Of a stretch of 64,000 nt of DNA, positions 33,339 to 47,527 are shown one piece after another. This stretch comes from Phyllobates terribilis (taxonomy: Eukaryota): positions 206,522,001 through 206,586,000 of the forward strand of contig NW_027362764.1 in NCBI RefSeq assembly GCF_046119375.1, in the 5' to 3' direction. How positions within the stretch are numbered: position 1 is the first letter of the stretch; every line of letters begins with the position of its first letter. The notes beneath the pieces were generated by a model. That model saw only the letters and a program-made list of their open reading frames with translations. It did not search any database and was not told the origin of the DNA. The translations under genes and the position numbers were made by a program.

Positions 33339-36300
33339 TGTGGTCACTTAGTAACTCTAAAGATAGTTAACACGAACAGGCTTGGTACTGGATACTCCGT
33401 TTTCCAGATTCCAGTGATTGCACTGGCCGTGATACTTTAACCCCTGTACAGGCATCTAGACTTACACAGGGACCTCTTGGCTGTGGCCACAAAGTCAGCT
33501 GTTGTTTGGAGGTGCAAGCTGGCAAGAATAATAAGTTACACGTACGCCGCTAGGTTCAGATAGAGGCGAGACAGGTTACATGAATTCTTTGGAATCCTGG
33601 GGGAACCATTACTCAGGGCGACCATAGGCCATGTGCTGAATCTTCTCTCAGGCACACAGGGGTATTGACCCTCAGGCACAGACACGTAAATTGTTTCACT
33701 TGCTGATCAGATCCACTTGACGAGTCCTCATAAACGGTAGAACAGTACAATTTAATAAGAAGTCGCTCCAGTGACAAACAGTACAGTTTCCTTAGCAGCA
33801 CAGCAGTTCACAGTCTTCCCAGTAGTACAGGACAGCACAGTTCTAATGCAAAGGCACACTAATGAACACAGCATTCTTTACAGCATAGTGAGATGGAGGA
33901 GGGGGAAAGGTTTGTTGAAGGAGATGATCCCTGTGACACCATTTCTTACAGTCCTTATCTTTCTGCTTGACAATACTCTGTACTGCTAGTTGAGGAACTC
34001 TACCTGACCTGTGCTTAGCTTCATTCCTGACTTGAATCCTTTTTACTTGCAGGGGCACTTCAGTCAGATGAAAAACACACACACCACCATTCTCTTCAGC
34101 TCCAGCCAAACAGTAAACAACTTCCCCACAATCCCCCAGGGCTTTGCTAAAACACTCCCCTTCTCCTGTGACTGTGTTAACCCCTCTAGTTGCTGGATGC
34201 TTCTGGAGCACAACACTTCCTGTCTCATTTGCATGTGTTACTTCTAATAGTTGCTGAATGCTTTTAAAGCAACAGCACTACTTTTGCATGTCACACTCTG
34301 CAACAGCACTACTTCTGCATGTCACACTCTGCAACAGCACTACTTCTGCATGTCACACTGTTCCCTCCTTTTTGAATGTCGTCCTCAACATTCATTTAAA
34401 TTGGTCAGTCTGACCAATTCTGAGACAGTGGTGAAAGTTGGATAGCTTTATATACAAACTGGCATTGTGAAATTGGTATAACATTCATAAACACTGATAA
34501 CAACCTAATCTTGCGACCTTTTTCTTGTAGGATGCCTGTAAGAAATAAACAATTAACACAATTAAAATAATCAGCATCTCTTCAGCTGGAGCTTTTCATG
34601 TGTCTTCAACCAGCTCTCTCTATCTATGCGTTAACAGTTCTTTGTTTCTACAAAGTATTTTAAGAAAAATCAAAGCATGAAAACAAGTCTTTCCAGTAGG
34701 CAACATCTACCATACTGCCTCTCGGTGGTGAATACCACTCAAGTGGGCTTACCTGGTGCGCAGTCAGAGATACCTGTTTCCAGTAGACAGTCTTTGGCAC
34801 TTGACTCAGTTCAACAAATGACTCATACATCAGCATCACGGGCCTCCTCACTTCTCGAGTCAGCATCCTCCTCTTGGGTTGTTCCTCAGAGACCACAGGT
34901 TTTTCGGTCGCAGAAGTTTCTTCCACCGCACTCAATTCCCGTGCTTACTCAGATGCTCTTGGAGCTGCCTATGTAAGTTCATGTTCTTCTCCTGAGTCAC
35001 CTGTCCGCACGATCTGGTAAATCCGCTCCTCCTGAGTGTCGATTGGTCTCTTCAAGGACCACTGTTCAATCATCAGATCAGAATTGGACTTCATCTGTAC
35101 TCCTTGGTACGAACTCTGGAGCCTCAAGACTTAGTTCACTCTCCTGAGGATGGTACATCCCTCTCCTTGCTGGTCCGAGAAATACAACAGAGTGTTCTTC
35201 TCCATCGGAACTTTCAAGGTCACTATTCACCTCCGGAGCTTCAGTCTGTGGTGGTCCCTTAGTCGATCTCGGACGATGTCGGACTACTTATGGTAAGTCT
35301 TGTTGTGGTGGGAGATAATCACGAGGTAGCAGTATATTCCGATGGACTATTCTGGTTTTCTTGTCTCCCGTTTCCAATCGGATTTCATACACTGGGCTGT
35401 CATCAGCTTTCCTCCTTATGACCACATACACCTTGTCTTCCCAGTACAAACAAAGTTTTCCTTTCTCACATATGTTCTTGACTAGCACCCAGCTTCCCGG
35501 TGCCAATTCTGCTCCATAACATTTTTGATCATAGTACTCCTTACTCTTGCTCTGTCCTTGCGTAATCACTTTGGACGCTATGCCTCGGCCATTTGATCCT
35601 TCCATTTACGAACATACTCCGGATACGTTCTGTAAGTCTCTGATACTGGAGTATCGAACATGATGTCGATTGGCAGCCTTGGCGATCGTCCATACAATAG
35701 GAAAAAGAGTGAGTAACCTGTTGCATCGCTCTTTGTACAGTTATAGGCATGTACCACTTTTAACAGAGAACTCTTCCAGTCTTTCTTCTCATCAGCTGTT
35801 AAAGTGCGCAACATCGACAATAATGTCCGGTTAAAACGTTCCACCTGTCCATTACCCTCTGGGTGATAGGGCCTTTTGTGGGATCTCTGAATTCTACAGT
35901 ACTTTCCTAGCTTGGCAAAGAGCTGGTTCTCAAATTCTCTTCCTTGGTCTTGATGTAACCTCATAGGGAACCCAAACCTCAAAGTAAACTCATTGAAGAT
36001 CTTCTCTGCCGTTGTTCGACCTGATTTATTGGTGGTGGCATATGCTTGAGCAAATCGAGTTAAATAGTCCATCACCACCAAGATATATTCGTAACCACCC
36101 AAGCATGTCTCGAGATGCAGAAAGTCTATTGAGACCATCTCAAACGGATACGTAGTTTGGATGTTGCCCATAGGTGCCCGGGTTGATGTGTTGGGACGTT
36201 TATCTTTCAGACACCCACACTCCCTGGTCACGTACCTCTCAATATCTCTCTGCATGTACGGCCAGAAGAAACGTTCATGGATCAAGTTGGTTGTCCTTTC

Positions 36301-37345
36301 CACTCCCAGGTGTCCCATGTTTTCATGGAGTTCTTTGAAGATCAACCTACAGGATACCGTCTTCACTGACGTAGAGCTTCGTCCATTCTTTAATTAAAAC
36401 AGATACTGCTGGTGACTCATTATCTCTCTCTTGTTTACTTGGAAACTGATTTTGGTCCACTTAAAGTAGTATTCTACCTATTATTTGATCTTCCCGTTGT
36501 GCTCTATGGATTTTCTCTTTTGGTAGTTGTTGAATAGACCACGGGTGATCCTTTTCTCTCGCTTTTATGGTGGCTTCCACTGTCAACGGACACCACAATG
36601 GCGTGTCTTCCTCCTGATAAGCATGTACTGCTTGGGTAGTGCTCTCAATTGCTTCCAGACTGACTTCCTCTGAGCATTCTTGCATGAACTCCTTAGGCTC
36701 TAGTGGCATTCTTGACATTCTGTTAGCATCCGCATTGCATTTTCCTGGCCTGTACTTGATGCTGAAATTGAAGTCAGCTAGTCCAGCGACCCATCTCTGA
36801 CCCATTGCTGGATACAGGACAGCACAGTTCTAATGAAAAGGCACACTAATGAACACAGCATTCTTTACAGCACAGTGAGATGGAGGAGGGGGGGAGGGTT
36901 TGCTGAGGGAGATGATCCCTGTGACACCATTTCTTACAGTCCTTATCTTTCTGCTTGACAATACTCTGCACTGCTAGTTCAGGAACTACCTGACCTGTGC
37001 TTAGCTTCATTCCTTACTTGAATCCTTTTCACTTGCAGGGGCGCTTCTGTCAGATGCAGAACACACACACGACCTTTCTCTTCGGCTCCAGCCAGACAGT
37101 AAACAACTTCCCCACAATCCCCCTGGGGCTCTGCTAAAAGACTCCCCTTTTTCCTGTGACTGTGTTAACCCCTCTAGTTGCTGGATGCCTCTGGAGCACA
37201 ACACTTCCTGTCTCATGTGCTTGTGTTACTTCTAATAGTTGCTGAATGCTTTTAAAGCAACAGCACTACTTCTGCATGTCACACTCTGCACCAGCACTAC
37301 TTCTGCGTGTCACACTCTGCAACAGCATTACTTCTGCATGTCACA
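33339..37345 (-). mobile_element. Gypsy element, gag/PR/RT deleted, two LTR copies
   Basis: LTR sequence repeated at 33826-34357 and 36813-37345; PPT (minus) aaaaaggagggaacag at 34358-34374; no TSD found. Confidence 0.88.
35288..36812 (-). pseudogene. Gypsy RNase H end + integrase + GPF/Y remnant
   Basis: GQRWVAGLADFNFSIKYRPGK, ELHENMGHLG, SIDF, LHQDQGREFE, PEGNGQVERFNRTL, LYWEDKVYVV; broken frames. Confidence 0.92.
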
Positions 37346-37814
37346 AATAGTCAAGTAGCTGGGTCTGAACTAGGAGATATAGGAAGTATAAAATCTTGAG
37401 GCAGAAGAAACTTCAGGAAATAAGTCAAAGTTAAAATCAGGACTATCCACTAAGACAAGATTTATAACTATTGTCATTTTTATCCACAAATTGTTTTTAT
37501 ATTATTTGTTTCATTGTTTCCATATGTTGGGTTAAACATGCTGATTAATTATGCTGTAATTGGAGTAAACAAAAGGATAGTTTGGAAAACCTTTTTAACA
37601 GAGATTTTTTGCATGGGTAACACATCGACTGTATGTTTAAGGAATGATATTCCAAAAAGCGTAAGATGAGTTGAAGACTGCACTGTATGTCATTTGTAGA
37701 CATGGATTTCCATTAAATCACTGAACCATGGAAAATGTAATATGCTTCTGCTTTTATAGCTCCTTGCCTGCTCAGGCTGTCATATACCCAAAGTGCAAGT
37801 GTTGCGGGTGTTTT

Positions 37815-38230
37815 AAGCTGTCATTTTCTGTGTTTGAAATATGAAAACAAAAAACGATGACAAAAGCCAAAAAAAAATTTCATACAAATTTCTGAATTTT
37901 TTTTCACCATTTAAAAAACTGATATCTGCGTACTCATACTGACTCAGAGAATCATACTGCCAGGTAAATTTTACCATAAAATTAAAATGGTAAATAAAAA
38001 ACTCAAAAAACTTTGGTGGAATTGCACTTTTTTTTGCAATTTCACCGCACTTGGAATTTTTTTCCTGTTTACTATATGGTAAAATGAATGGTGTCATTCA
38101 AAAGTACAATTTGTCCCACAAAAAACAAGACCTAATGCGACTACATTGATAGAAAAAAAAGTTATGGCTCTTGGAAGAAGGGGAGGGAAAAACAAAAGCG
38201 AAAAAAGGAAAATGGCCCGAGGTGAAGGGG
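37815..38230. mobile_element. Right end of a non-autonomous piggyBac-like element
   Basis: Ends ...GTGAAGGGG|CTAA (TTAA-like target); TTAA at the other breakpoint (~37812). Confidence 0.55.
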
Positions 38231-38849
38231 CTAATAGTTTTGTTTATTGTTTATTGATGAGTGGCGCAAACGGTCCTTAAACCAAAGTAAACTAAAAATC
38301 CACACCTCCCTAGTCTGTCCAAATAAGCTGTACTGTCTGAGAGGTTAACCTGCCTATCATCATTCCTAGAGCAAGGTTGCACCAATCAGTAGGAAATTGC
38401 TTTGTGCCTCAATGGGTCATAGTGGCCACCATGAAGCTACAATCCACTGATCACAACATTTCTCAGCCACTAAGAGTGCAACATGCACTTGGGAACACAG
38501 TGCAATAGGAATATACTGTTCAAGATTTTATAGTTACAGGGAACTTATTATGACAGTCTTTTAATAAAAGCCTCTAAACAATACTGTTTAGATGTGATAT
38601 TTTTATTGATTCAACTTTATAAGCAATTAGTACTAATATGTACTAATCTCACGTAAAGCACAGCATCAATTGTTTTAGGTATATCTATATTATAATCAAT
38701 TGCATCCGGCTGCCCAAATAACAAGAAAATTACTGTTGATGACGACATATTTTCTAAAAGAAACTGTGGATTTCTCTATCATTCAAGCAAGATGTCCATG
38801 TCTATTCATTTGGTTCTTAAGCCAAGAGGGCAAGTACTAAAATTACATA

Positions 38850-39106
38850 CAGTGGGGGAAAAAAGTATTTAGTCAGCCACCAATTGTGCAAGTTCTCCCA
38901 CTTAAAAAGATGAGAGAGGCCTGTAATTGACATCATAGGTAGACATCAACTATGAGAGATAAAATGAGAAAACAAATCCTGAAAAATCACATGTCAGATT
39001 TGGAAAGAATTTTTTTAAAATTTTGGTGGAAAATAAGTATTTGGTCACCTAAAAAAGTTCATCTCAATACTTTGTTACATATCCTTTGTTGGCAATGACA
39101 GAGGTA
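38850..39106 (-). mobile_element. Tc1 terminal fragment
   Basis: TA|CAGTGGGGGAAAAAAGTATT TIR; minus strand encodes the Tc1 C-terminus TSVIANKGYVTKY*. Confidence 0.85.
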
Positions 39107-39569
39107 ATTCGAGTTTTCGCTTTTTCCTCTTGCTGTTTTTGTATTTTGTGCTAATAAGTTGCCTAAATTATTATCATGCAAAGAGGTTGTATTTGGGTCT
39201 GTTCCCTGTTCCTCTCATTTACAGTCTGCAACATACTGAAGGACATGTAGAAGATCCTTTTAAATAAAAAAAGATTGAACACATATCTCTAGACTCTTTG
39301 AAGTTGATTTTCTTCTCTTAACTGCCACCAAGTAAACAATTGCTTTTATATGGTCTTTTCTTTAGTCAAAAGTAATTTAATTGGTAAATGGTAAATGAAA
39401 AACTAACATCCATCCTGGAATATTGCCAAGACAAAGTCTTGGTCCCTTGGGTAGACTTCCTTCTCCACGGCAAAAATCTGCATTTCCAGAAAAAAATGTT
39501 TCCAATATCATTGGATACAAAAGTCCAACTACTTTGTGTAACACCTGGCACTTTATAGTTACCATTTTA

Positions 39570-39773
39570 GGCCACGGCCCCACTATCAGTATTCGATCAG
39601 TATTTTTTCTCAAAAGTGGGAGCCAAAACTAGTAGTGGGTGATAAATGCAAAACTGGTGCACTTGTTTCTATTATACCTTTTCTCTGATTGTTCCTCGCC
39701 TGGTTTTGGCTCCCACTCCTGAGAAAAAATACTGACCGAATACTGACCAAATACAGATAGTGGGGTCTTGGCC
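39570..39773. mobile_element. PIF/Harbinger-type palindromic MITE
   Basis: TTA|GGCCACGGCCCCACTA...TAGTGGGGTCTTGGCC|TTA; internal inverted repeats. Confidence 0.82.
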
Positions 39774-40206
39774 TTAAGATAACTATTTGCCTTCTCCATT
39801 TTCTCTTCTTTCTTTTTTCTCAGCTTTCTTCCTCTACCTTCCTTTGTTACTTACCTAGAACTTCCCTTTGAGTTAGCCTTTCCCTGGCCATCTGTTCTAA
39901 TTTTAATGTCCATACATTTCTACATTTCAAAATAAGGAATAATTGTTTTCCATATACAAATAATTTTTTTCTTTAAAAGCAAGATATGATGAACAGATGA
40001 TCAATGTTTTGCTTCTGTGTGTTGTCAACATTGTTATTTTATTGTAAAAATGGGAAACATTGCAATAAAATAATGCTAAAAAAAAGAGAAAACATTTTTT
40101 ACAAAACAAATCAGTGGCAGATAAGGACCTCTGAAATGCACTTCAGACCATCTATATTCAATGGTTTACATTGTAAACAATGGAAACAACACAGAAGTGA
40201 ACCATA

Positions 40207-41776
40207 AAGTCATGGCCAAAAGTTTTGAGAATGACACCAAAATTATATTTTCACATGATCTGCTGGCCTCTGGTTTTTATTAGTGTTTGTCTGATGTTTA
40301 TATCACATACAGAAATATAATTGCAATCATATTATGAGTACCAATAGGTTATATTGACAGTTAGAATGAGTTAATGCAGCAAGTCAATATTTGCAGTGTT
40401 GCCCCTTCTTCTTCAAGACCTCTGTAATTCTCCCTGGCATGCTCTCAATCAACTTTTGGACCAAATCCTGACTGATAGCAGTCCATTCTTGCATAATCAA
40501 TGCTTGCATTTTGCCAGAATTTGTTGCTTTTTGTTTGTCCACCCGTCTCTTGATGATTGACCACAAGTTCTCAATGGGATTAAGATCTGGGGAGTTTCCA
40601 GGCCATGGACCCAAAATCTCTATGTTTTGTTCCATGAGCCATTTAGTTATCACCTTTGCTTTATGGCAAGGTGCTCCATCATGCTGGAAAAGGCATTGTT
40701 GGGCGCCAAACTGCTCTTGGACGGTTGGGAGAAGTTGCTCTTGGAGGACATTCTGGTACCATTCTTTATTCATGGCTGTGTTTTTAGGCAAGACTGTGAG
40801 TGAGCCGATTCCCTTGGCTGAGAAGCAACCCCACATATGAATGGTTTCAGGATGCTTTACAGTTGGCATGAGACAAGACTGGTGGTAGCGCTCACCTCTT
40901 CTTCTCCGAATAAGCTGTTTTCCAGATGTCCCAAACAATCGAAAAGGGGATTCATCAGAGAAAATGACTTTGCCCCAGTCCTCAGCAGTCCACTCCCTGT
41001 ACCTTTTGCAGAATATCAGTTGGTCCCTGATGTTTTTTCTGGAGAGAAGTGGCTTCTTTGCTGCCCTCCTTGAAACCAGCCCTTGCTCAAAGAGTCTCCG
41101 CCTCACAGTGCGTGCAGAAGCACTCACACCAGCCTGCTGCCATTCCTGAGCAAGCTCGGCACTGCTGGTAGTCCGATCCCGCAGCTGAAACAGTTTTAAG
41201 ATACGGTCCTGGCGCTTGCTGGTCTTTCTTGGACGCCCTGGAGCCTTTTTGACAACAATGGAAGCTCTCTCCTTGAAGTTCTTGATGATGCGATAGATTG
41301 TTGACTGAGGTGCAATCTTTGTAGCTGCGATACTCTTCCCTGTTAGGCCATTTTTGTGCAGTGCAATGATGGCTGCACGTGTTTCTTTAGAGATAACCAT
41401 GGTTAACTGAAGAGAAACAATGATATCAAGAACCAGCCTCCTTTTAAAGTGTCCAGTGATGTCATTCTTACTAAATCATGACTGATTGATCGCCAGCCCT
41501 GTCCTCATCAACACCCACACCTGTGTTAACGGATCAATCACTAAAACGATGTTAGCTGCTCCTTTTAAGGCAGGACTGCAATGATGTTGAAATGTGTTTT
41601 GGGGGTTAAAGTTCATTTTCTGGGCAAATATTGACTTTGCTAGTACAGTAATTGCTGTTAAGCTGATCACTCTTTGACATTCAGGAGTATATGCAAATTG
41701 CCATTACAAAAAATGAATCAGCAAACTTTGGAAAAATTACTATTTGTCTCATTCTCAATACTTTTGGCCATGACTG
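40207..41776 (-). mobile_element. Full-length Tc1-like DD35E element (Traveler-type)
   Basis: TA-flanked ~27-bp TIRs (A/C)AGTCATGGCCAAAAGT; intact ORF inside. Confidence 0.93.
40384..41400 (-). CDS. Tc1 transposase, intact 338 aa, DD35E
   Basis: [29 protein letters not shown]; 35 residues between the second D and E by count. Confidence 0.95.
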   Translation of the reverse strand: MVISKETRAAIIALHKNGLTGKSIAATKIAPQSTIYRIIKNFKERASIVVKKAPGRPRKTSKRQDRILKLFQLRDRTTSSAELAQEWQQAGVSASARTVRRRLFEQGLVSRRAAKKPLLSRKNIRDQLIFCKRYREWTAEDWGKVIFSDESPFRLFGTSGKQLIRRRRGERYHQSCLMPTVKHPETIHMWGCFSAKGIGSLTVLPKNTAMNKEWYQNVLQEQLLPTVQEQFGAQQCLFQHDGAPCHKAKVITKWLMEQNIEILGPWPGNSPDLNPIENLWSIIKRRVDKQKATNSGKMQALIMQEWTAISQDLVQKLIESMPGRITEVLKKKGQHCKY

Positions 41777-43014
41777 TACAAGGTGCTGTTTTTGTGAATG
41801 TGCAGTTGATTTTCTTTTAAACTGCAAAACTTGAACAATATTTTTGTTTATAAATGTTTTTCTACTCGGTGAATCCTTTAAACTTATAAGGCCATGTTTT
41901 CAAAGCAGCTTGGAAAAAAAAGATTGTATACGCTTTTCTAATTAACATGGATAACATCTGACTACAAAGTATAAATACTTAAGTGGTCATTTGAAAGAAA
42001 ATGAAATATATGAACAGATGATTTTTTTTGTAACTTCTTTTTCAGATTTTGCATTCAAACCTAGTTTTAAGAAAGTACAAAATAAGATATAAAAGTTATC
42101 CTTCTAAATGTCGGCATAAGAAGAATGATTAGAATTCATGTATCTCCAGATATTATGTTTAAAGTGGAGTTTTAACTGCTGGAGATATTATTAATTTAAA
42201 ATGCTGGTGTAAGTCAACGAGAAAAGATAAAATGTCCCCAAAGAAATCAATTTATGATGGATTTAATTTAAAACATAAAGGGATTACATGTACTCAATGG
42301 AAAGAGTTTTCATTGAGCAGTTTCATCTATGCAATTTTCTCATAATTGACAAAGAAGCTATTCACTACTGCTTCTATTTCGGTTATTTTCATTACAAATT
42401 ATATAGCCTGATAAATAACAGGTGAGACCATTCAAGTATAATATCTCTCCAGGATATTGGGAAATCAATTTAAGACTTTTGTTAAAATACAATGACCCAC
42501 ATTCACTAAGGTACTGGTGCCTGTTTTTTTGTGTGTATTTTGAGCCAACTTTCTTGTTGAAAACTTTTAAGACAGATTTGTTAAATTTCTGCCCCAAAAA
42601 GAAATAACGATATTTGCAACACAGTATTTTATGCTCAAGTATGGGCATGGTAGAAACTTAATTTGTGCTTAAAGGTGTTGTCCAGTCTAAACTGGTAAGT
42701 CGGCAGTCACTCTGTGTGACTGCAGACTTATTAATCCCCCCCAGTGCACGCACTGTGAGGATTCACCAGTTTCTGAGCCGGGAACGATAGTGATGTATGT
42801 CTTATCCATACGCCTGGGCATAATCCAACAAGTGGGCGCAGCCTCGCTCCATACACTTGCCAAACATAAAATTGACTTATGCAAAAGAATGTTGGATCTA
42901 CCACTGTGTTTAACTATTGACAGCATTAGTAAATTTGGGCCAATATTCCATGTTTATCATTATAAACAAATGCTTAAAGAACATACTCAGGTAAATATAC
43001 AGACACATCTTATA

Positions 43015-44649
<1,635 letters not shown>

Positions 44650-44981
44650 TACATGCATTTGCTTAGTTGGTCTCATTGAACTATAATACAGAGCCCCATC
44701 TTTTGCCGACAGTTAAGAACTATATTCAGTACAGTCCTTGGTACTGAATGACTGTATGGGCATAAATATATCAAAGAGGTAGCAATCACACCTGAGCGCT
44801 ATGCCTAAGGCTACCCGAAGGTCTTTATATGACAAAAATAGACACCAATATTATATTTATTATATGTCATTTTTGGGGGTCCTGTTACAGATCTCGCAAG
44901 GGTATGTTTACACGTGGCACAATTGGAGTGATTTTGTTGCATTGTATTTGGTACATATAAAATGCAGTGATTTACAGCACT

Positions 44982-45017
44982 CCCCCTGAAGAAGAAAGGG
45001 TGAAACGCGCATTGGGG
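44982..45017 (+). ncRNA. Degenerate Penelope-type minimal hammerhead motif
   Basis: CCCC-CTGAAGA-agaaagggt-GAAA-CGCGCA-TT-GGGG; stem II poorly paired; T-rich tail downstream. Confidence 0.6.
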
Positions 45018-47527
45018 CATGGGGGGACACACCATTACCTTGCTTTACATGTACCATTATACTTAGTCCTTTACATTATGGTATTTGGTTTGGATGATTA
45101 GTTATAGTCTTTAGTATATTCACTTCAGTGTTTGTTAATTCCCGTTAATTTTTTGAAGACCTTAAATTATATGCAATATATTCTATTTTAATGTGCATCT
45201 AGTTTGATAAAATGTACTTATTTTTTTGAGATATTTGATTTTGCCTCTTTTTCTTTGTTGATTTATATATCCTATCCTGAGGCACATGTGTAGTGATTTT
45301 GCTTATTTACATGGTGACCCTTGTGATCCTTATGTTAGTTTTCAGCTATTTACAGTTCCAGGAAAATCAATGTGATTTCCGAACACTCTGCTTTTTTCTG
45401 CCCTGCTATGTTTTTGCCAAAACACGTCAGTTGTTCCAGTGTTTTTGCAGCATTTTTCACTCTAAAAACGCAACTAAAAACACAAAAATAAGAATGAAAA
45501 ACTTGCAATAAGTACAAAGCATTTTTTCTAACACTTGCTACGAAAATCCCAGTGTCAACATACCTTTAGGATTTAGTATCTTCAAGTTATGTGTCTGACT
45601 GATCATGCACATTAAAAATAACAATACTCATTGATTTTGGTCTCTCCTGGCAGAAATATTGGATAAAAAAGATGAAGATGAAAACTTTCCCCAACCAGAT
45701 TGTCTCAGGAGGATTTGCAATGAACAAAAGTATTGTTTGAGATAACGCACAAATGTACAATATGTGAGTATTATCTACGGATAGTGAAGCTTTTACAAAT
45801 GTGTTTATTTAATAAACAATATACTGTATAATTCACATAAGTAAAGTAAAAGTAATAGGAAATGATAGGAAATAATAAAAAAGAAACTACCGTATTTTTT
45901 GGACAGTTGTCAAAATTAATGAGTCATTTAAAACTTAAAAACTCCATTGTATCAAGGTAAAAGTGTCACAATAGAAACTTACAATTTCATTTGGAGAAAA
46001 ACTGGATGGTGTCGTAACCCTGTAACCCACATCAAACTTTACTAGCTCTCCAAGTTCTGCCAATTTCCACAGTTTATGTAATTAGTGTTATGTGATTTGT
46101 AACAGACATTGATTTAAGTATTATTTTCAAGCTATACTCATCTCTGTATTCTTCTTTCCGTAGGACGAGCAAGGGTGACAGGCCTTATGGTAGTATAGAA
46201 AGATTTATAGATTGAAGAAGAAAAACTATGAAATGCTAATTCAATGAGATATCATATTATTAAAAATCTTAAAGGTCACTAGAAATAGTGCTCGCCATCT
46301 TTAAAGTGTAACTGTGCTTTCAATTAACTTTTACAGAATTAGGTGTCCTGTGTATAAATCAGAACTGAGATGTTTTGATCTGAATCAAAAGCCTGCTAAT
46401 AGATTCCCTTTAAATTTGGGAGGTCTGGCCGGCGGCAGGGCATAATCATTTGTTGCGTGAGCAGCAGCAAATGCTGCATGCATGTACTCATGGTCCAGGG
46501 AAGTATTAAAGGGTCAGCTGGCAAAATGGGTTAGGCGGCTCAAGCACTGCGGTCCCTGGAAATATGACAAAGGGCCAGAAGAAATGACATTGTAGGTTAT
46601 AAATATCCCACGAGACAGAGGTTCTTCACCCCTGTGATAGATCATAACTCATTTTTTCACTTTCTTTTGGCAGATTTGATATAGGTTTTGACAAAACATA
46701 ACCAGGCATGGATGTTTCTCTTTGCAAGAAAAGGCTTCTATCTTGCCCCCTATCCCATAAGCCAGACATATAAAAGGGAATCTGTCATTAGGATCAACCC
46801 TCCTAAGCTGTCTACAGTATATGGGCATATACGTCATACGTGTGTGTGTGCCATCTCCAGAACCGCCCGACGGTACGACTGAGGTACCACTAACTGTTCC
46901 ACGATCTCATCCCTGATTTTGTCTACCCTATAGAGCAAGTCACCGTTGACTACCATGCGTGGAAATACAGTATCTGCAACCAGGCTGTTGAGCTACGCCA
47001 TTTACCTCTAACACCCTTTCCCGCTCCCGAGTCAGGGTGGGATCCTGTAGCTGAACTGTCCCAAATGTGTCCCGGGACACTTCCAGCTCGGGGATCAATG
47101 AGGTCTCCTCGACCTCTCCTGTCAGCACCTCTAGGGGACGCCTATTGGGGTCACACTCTGTCCCTAGGTTGGACACCCCTACGGCAGGTACCCCTGACTC
47201 GGGTTCGTCGGGTACAGCGCCAGTAATAAATTTTACCGGGGGAGAGTGGATTTTGTTTTTCCACAGAGTCCAGAACAGGGGCAAGTCTTGTCCCAACACA
47301 GTCCCATAGGGAAGAGTTTTTACCACCCCCACCACATGTTTTATGTCGCCATATGGCGTGGACAAAACTACCTCTGCAGTTAGGTACTCTCGGAGGTCCA
47401 CATGGATACACACAACCCCGTCTGTCTGTCCACTGGGGTTGTCTCCTGCCACCAGCGACCCATGTACCAAAGTCACTAGGCTCCCCGAGTCTAGGAGGGC
47501 CTCCGTGGGGTACCCGTTAACCAGTAC

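Noticed and set aside
40511-41149. Antisense ORFs over the Tc1 (similar ones over other TEs)
   Set aside because: Shadow ORFs of the transposase coding strand.
45654-45763. Coding exon (good CAG acceptor and GTGAGT donor)
   Set aside because: Stops in all three frames; at most non-coding.
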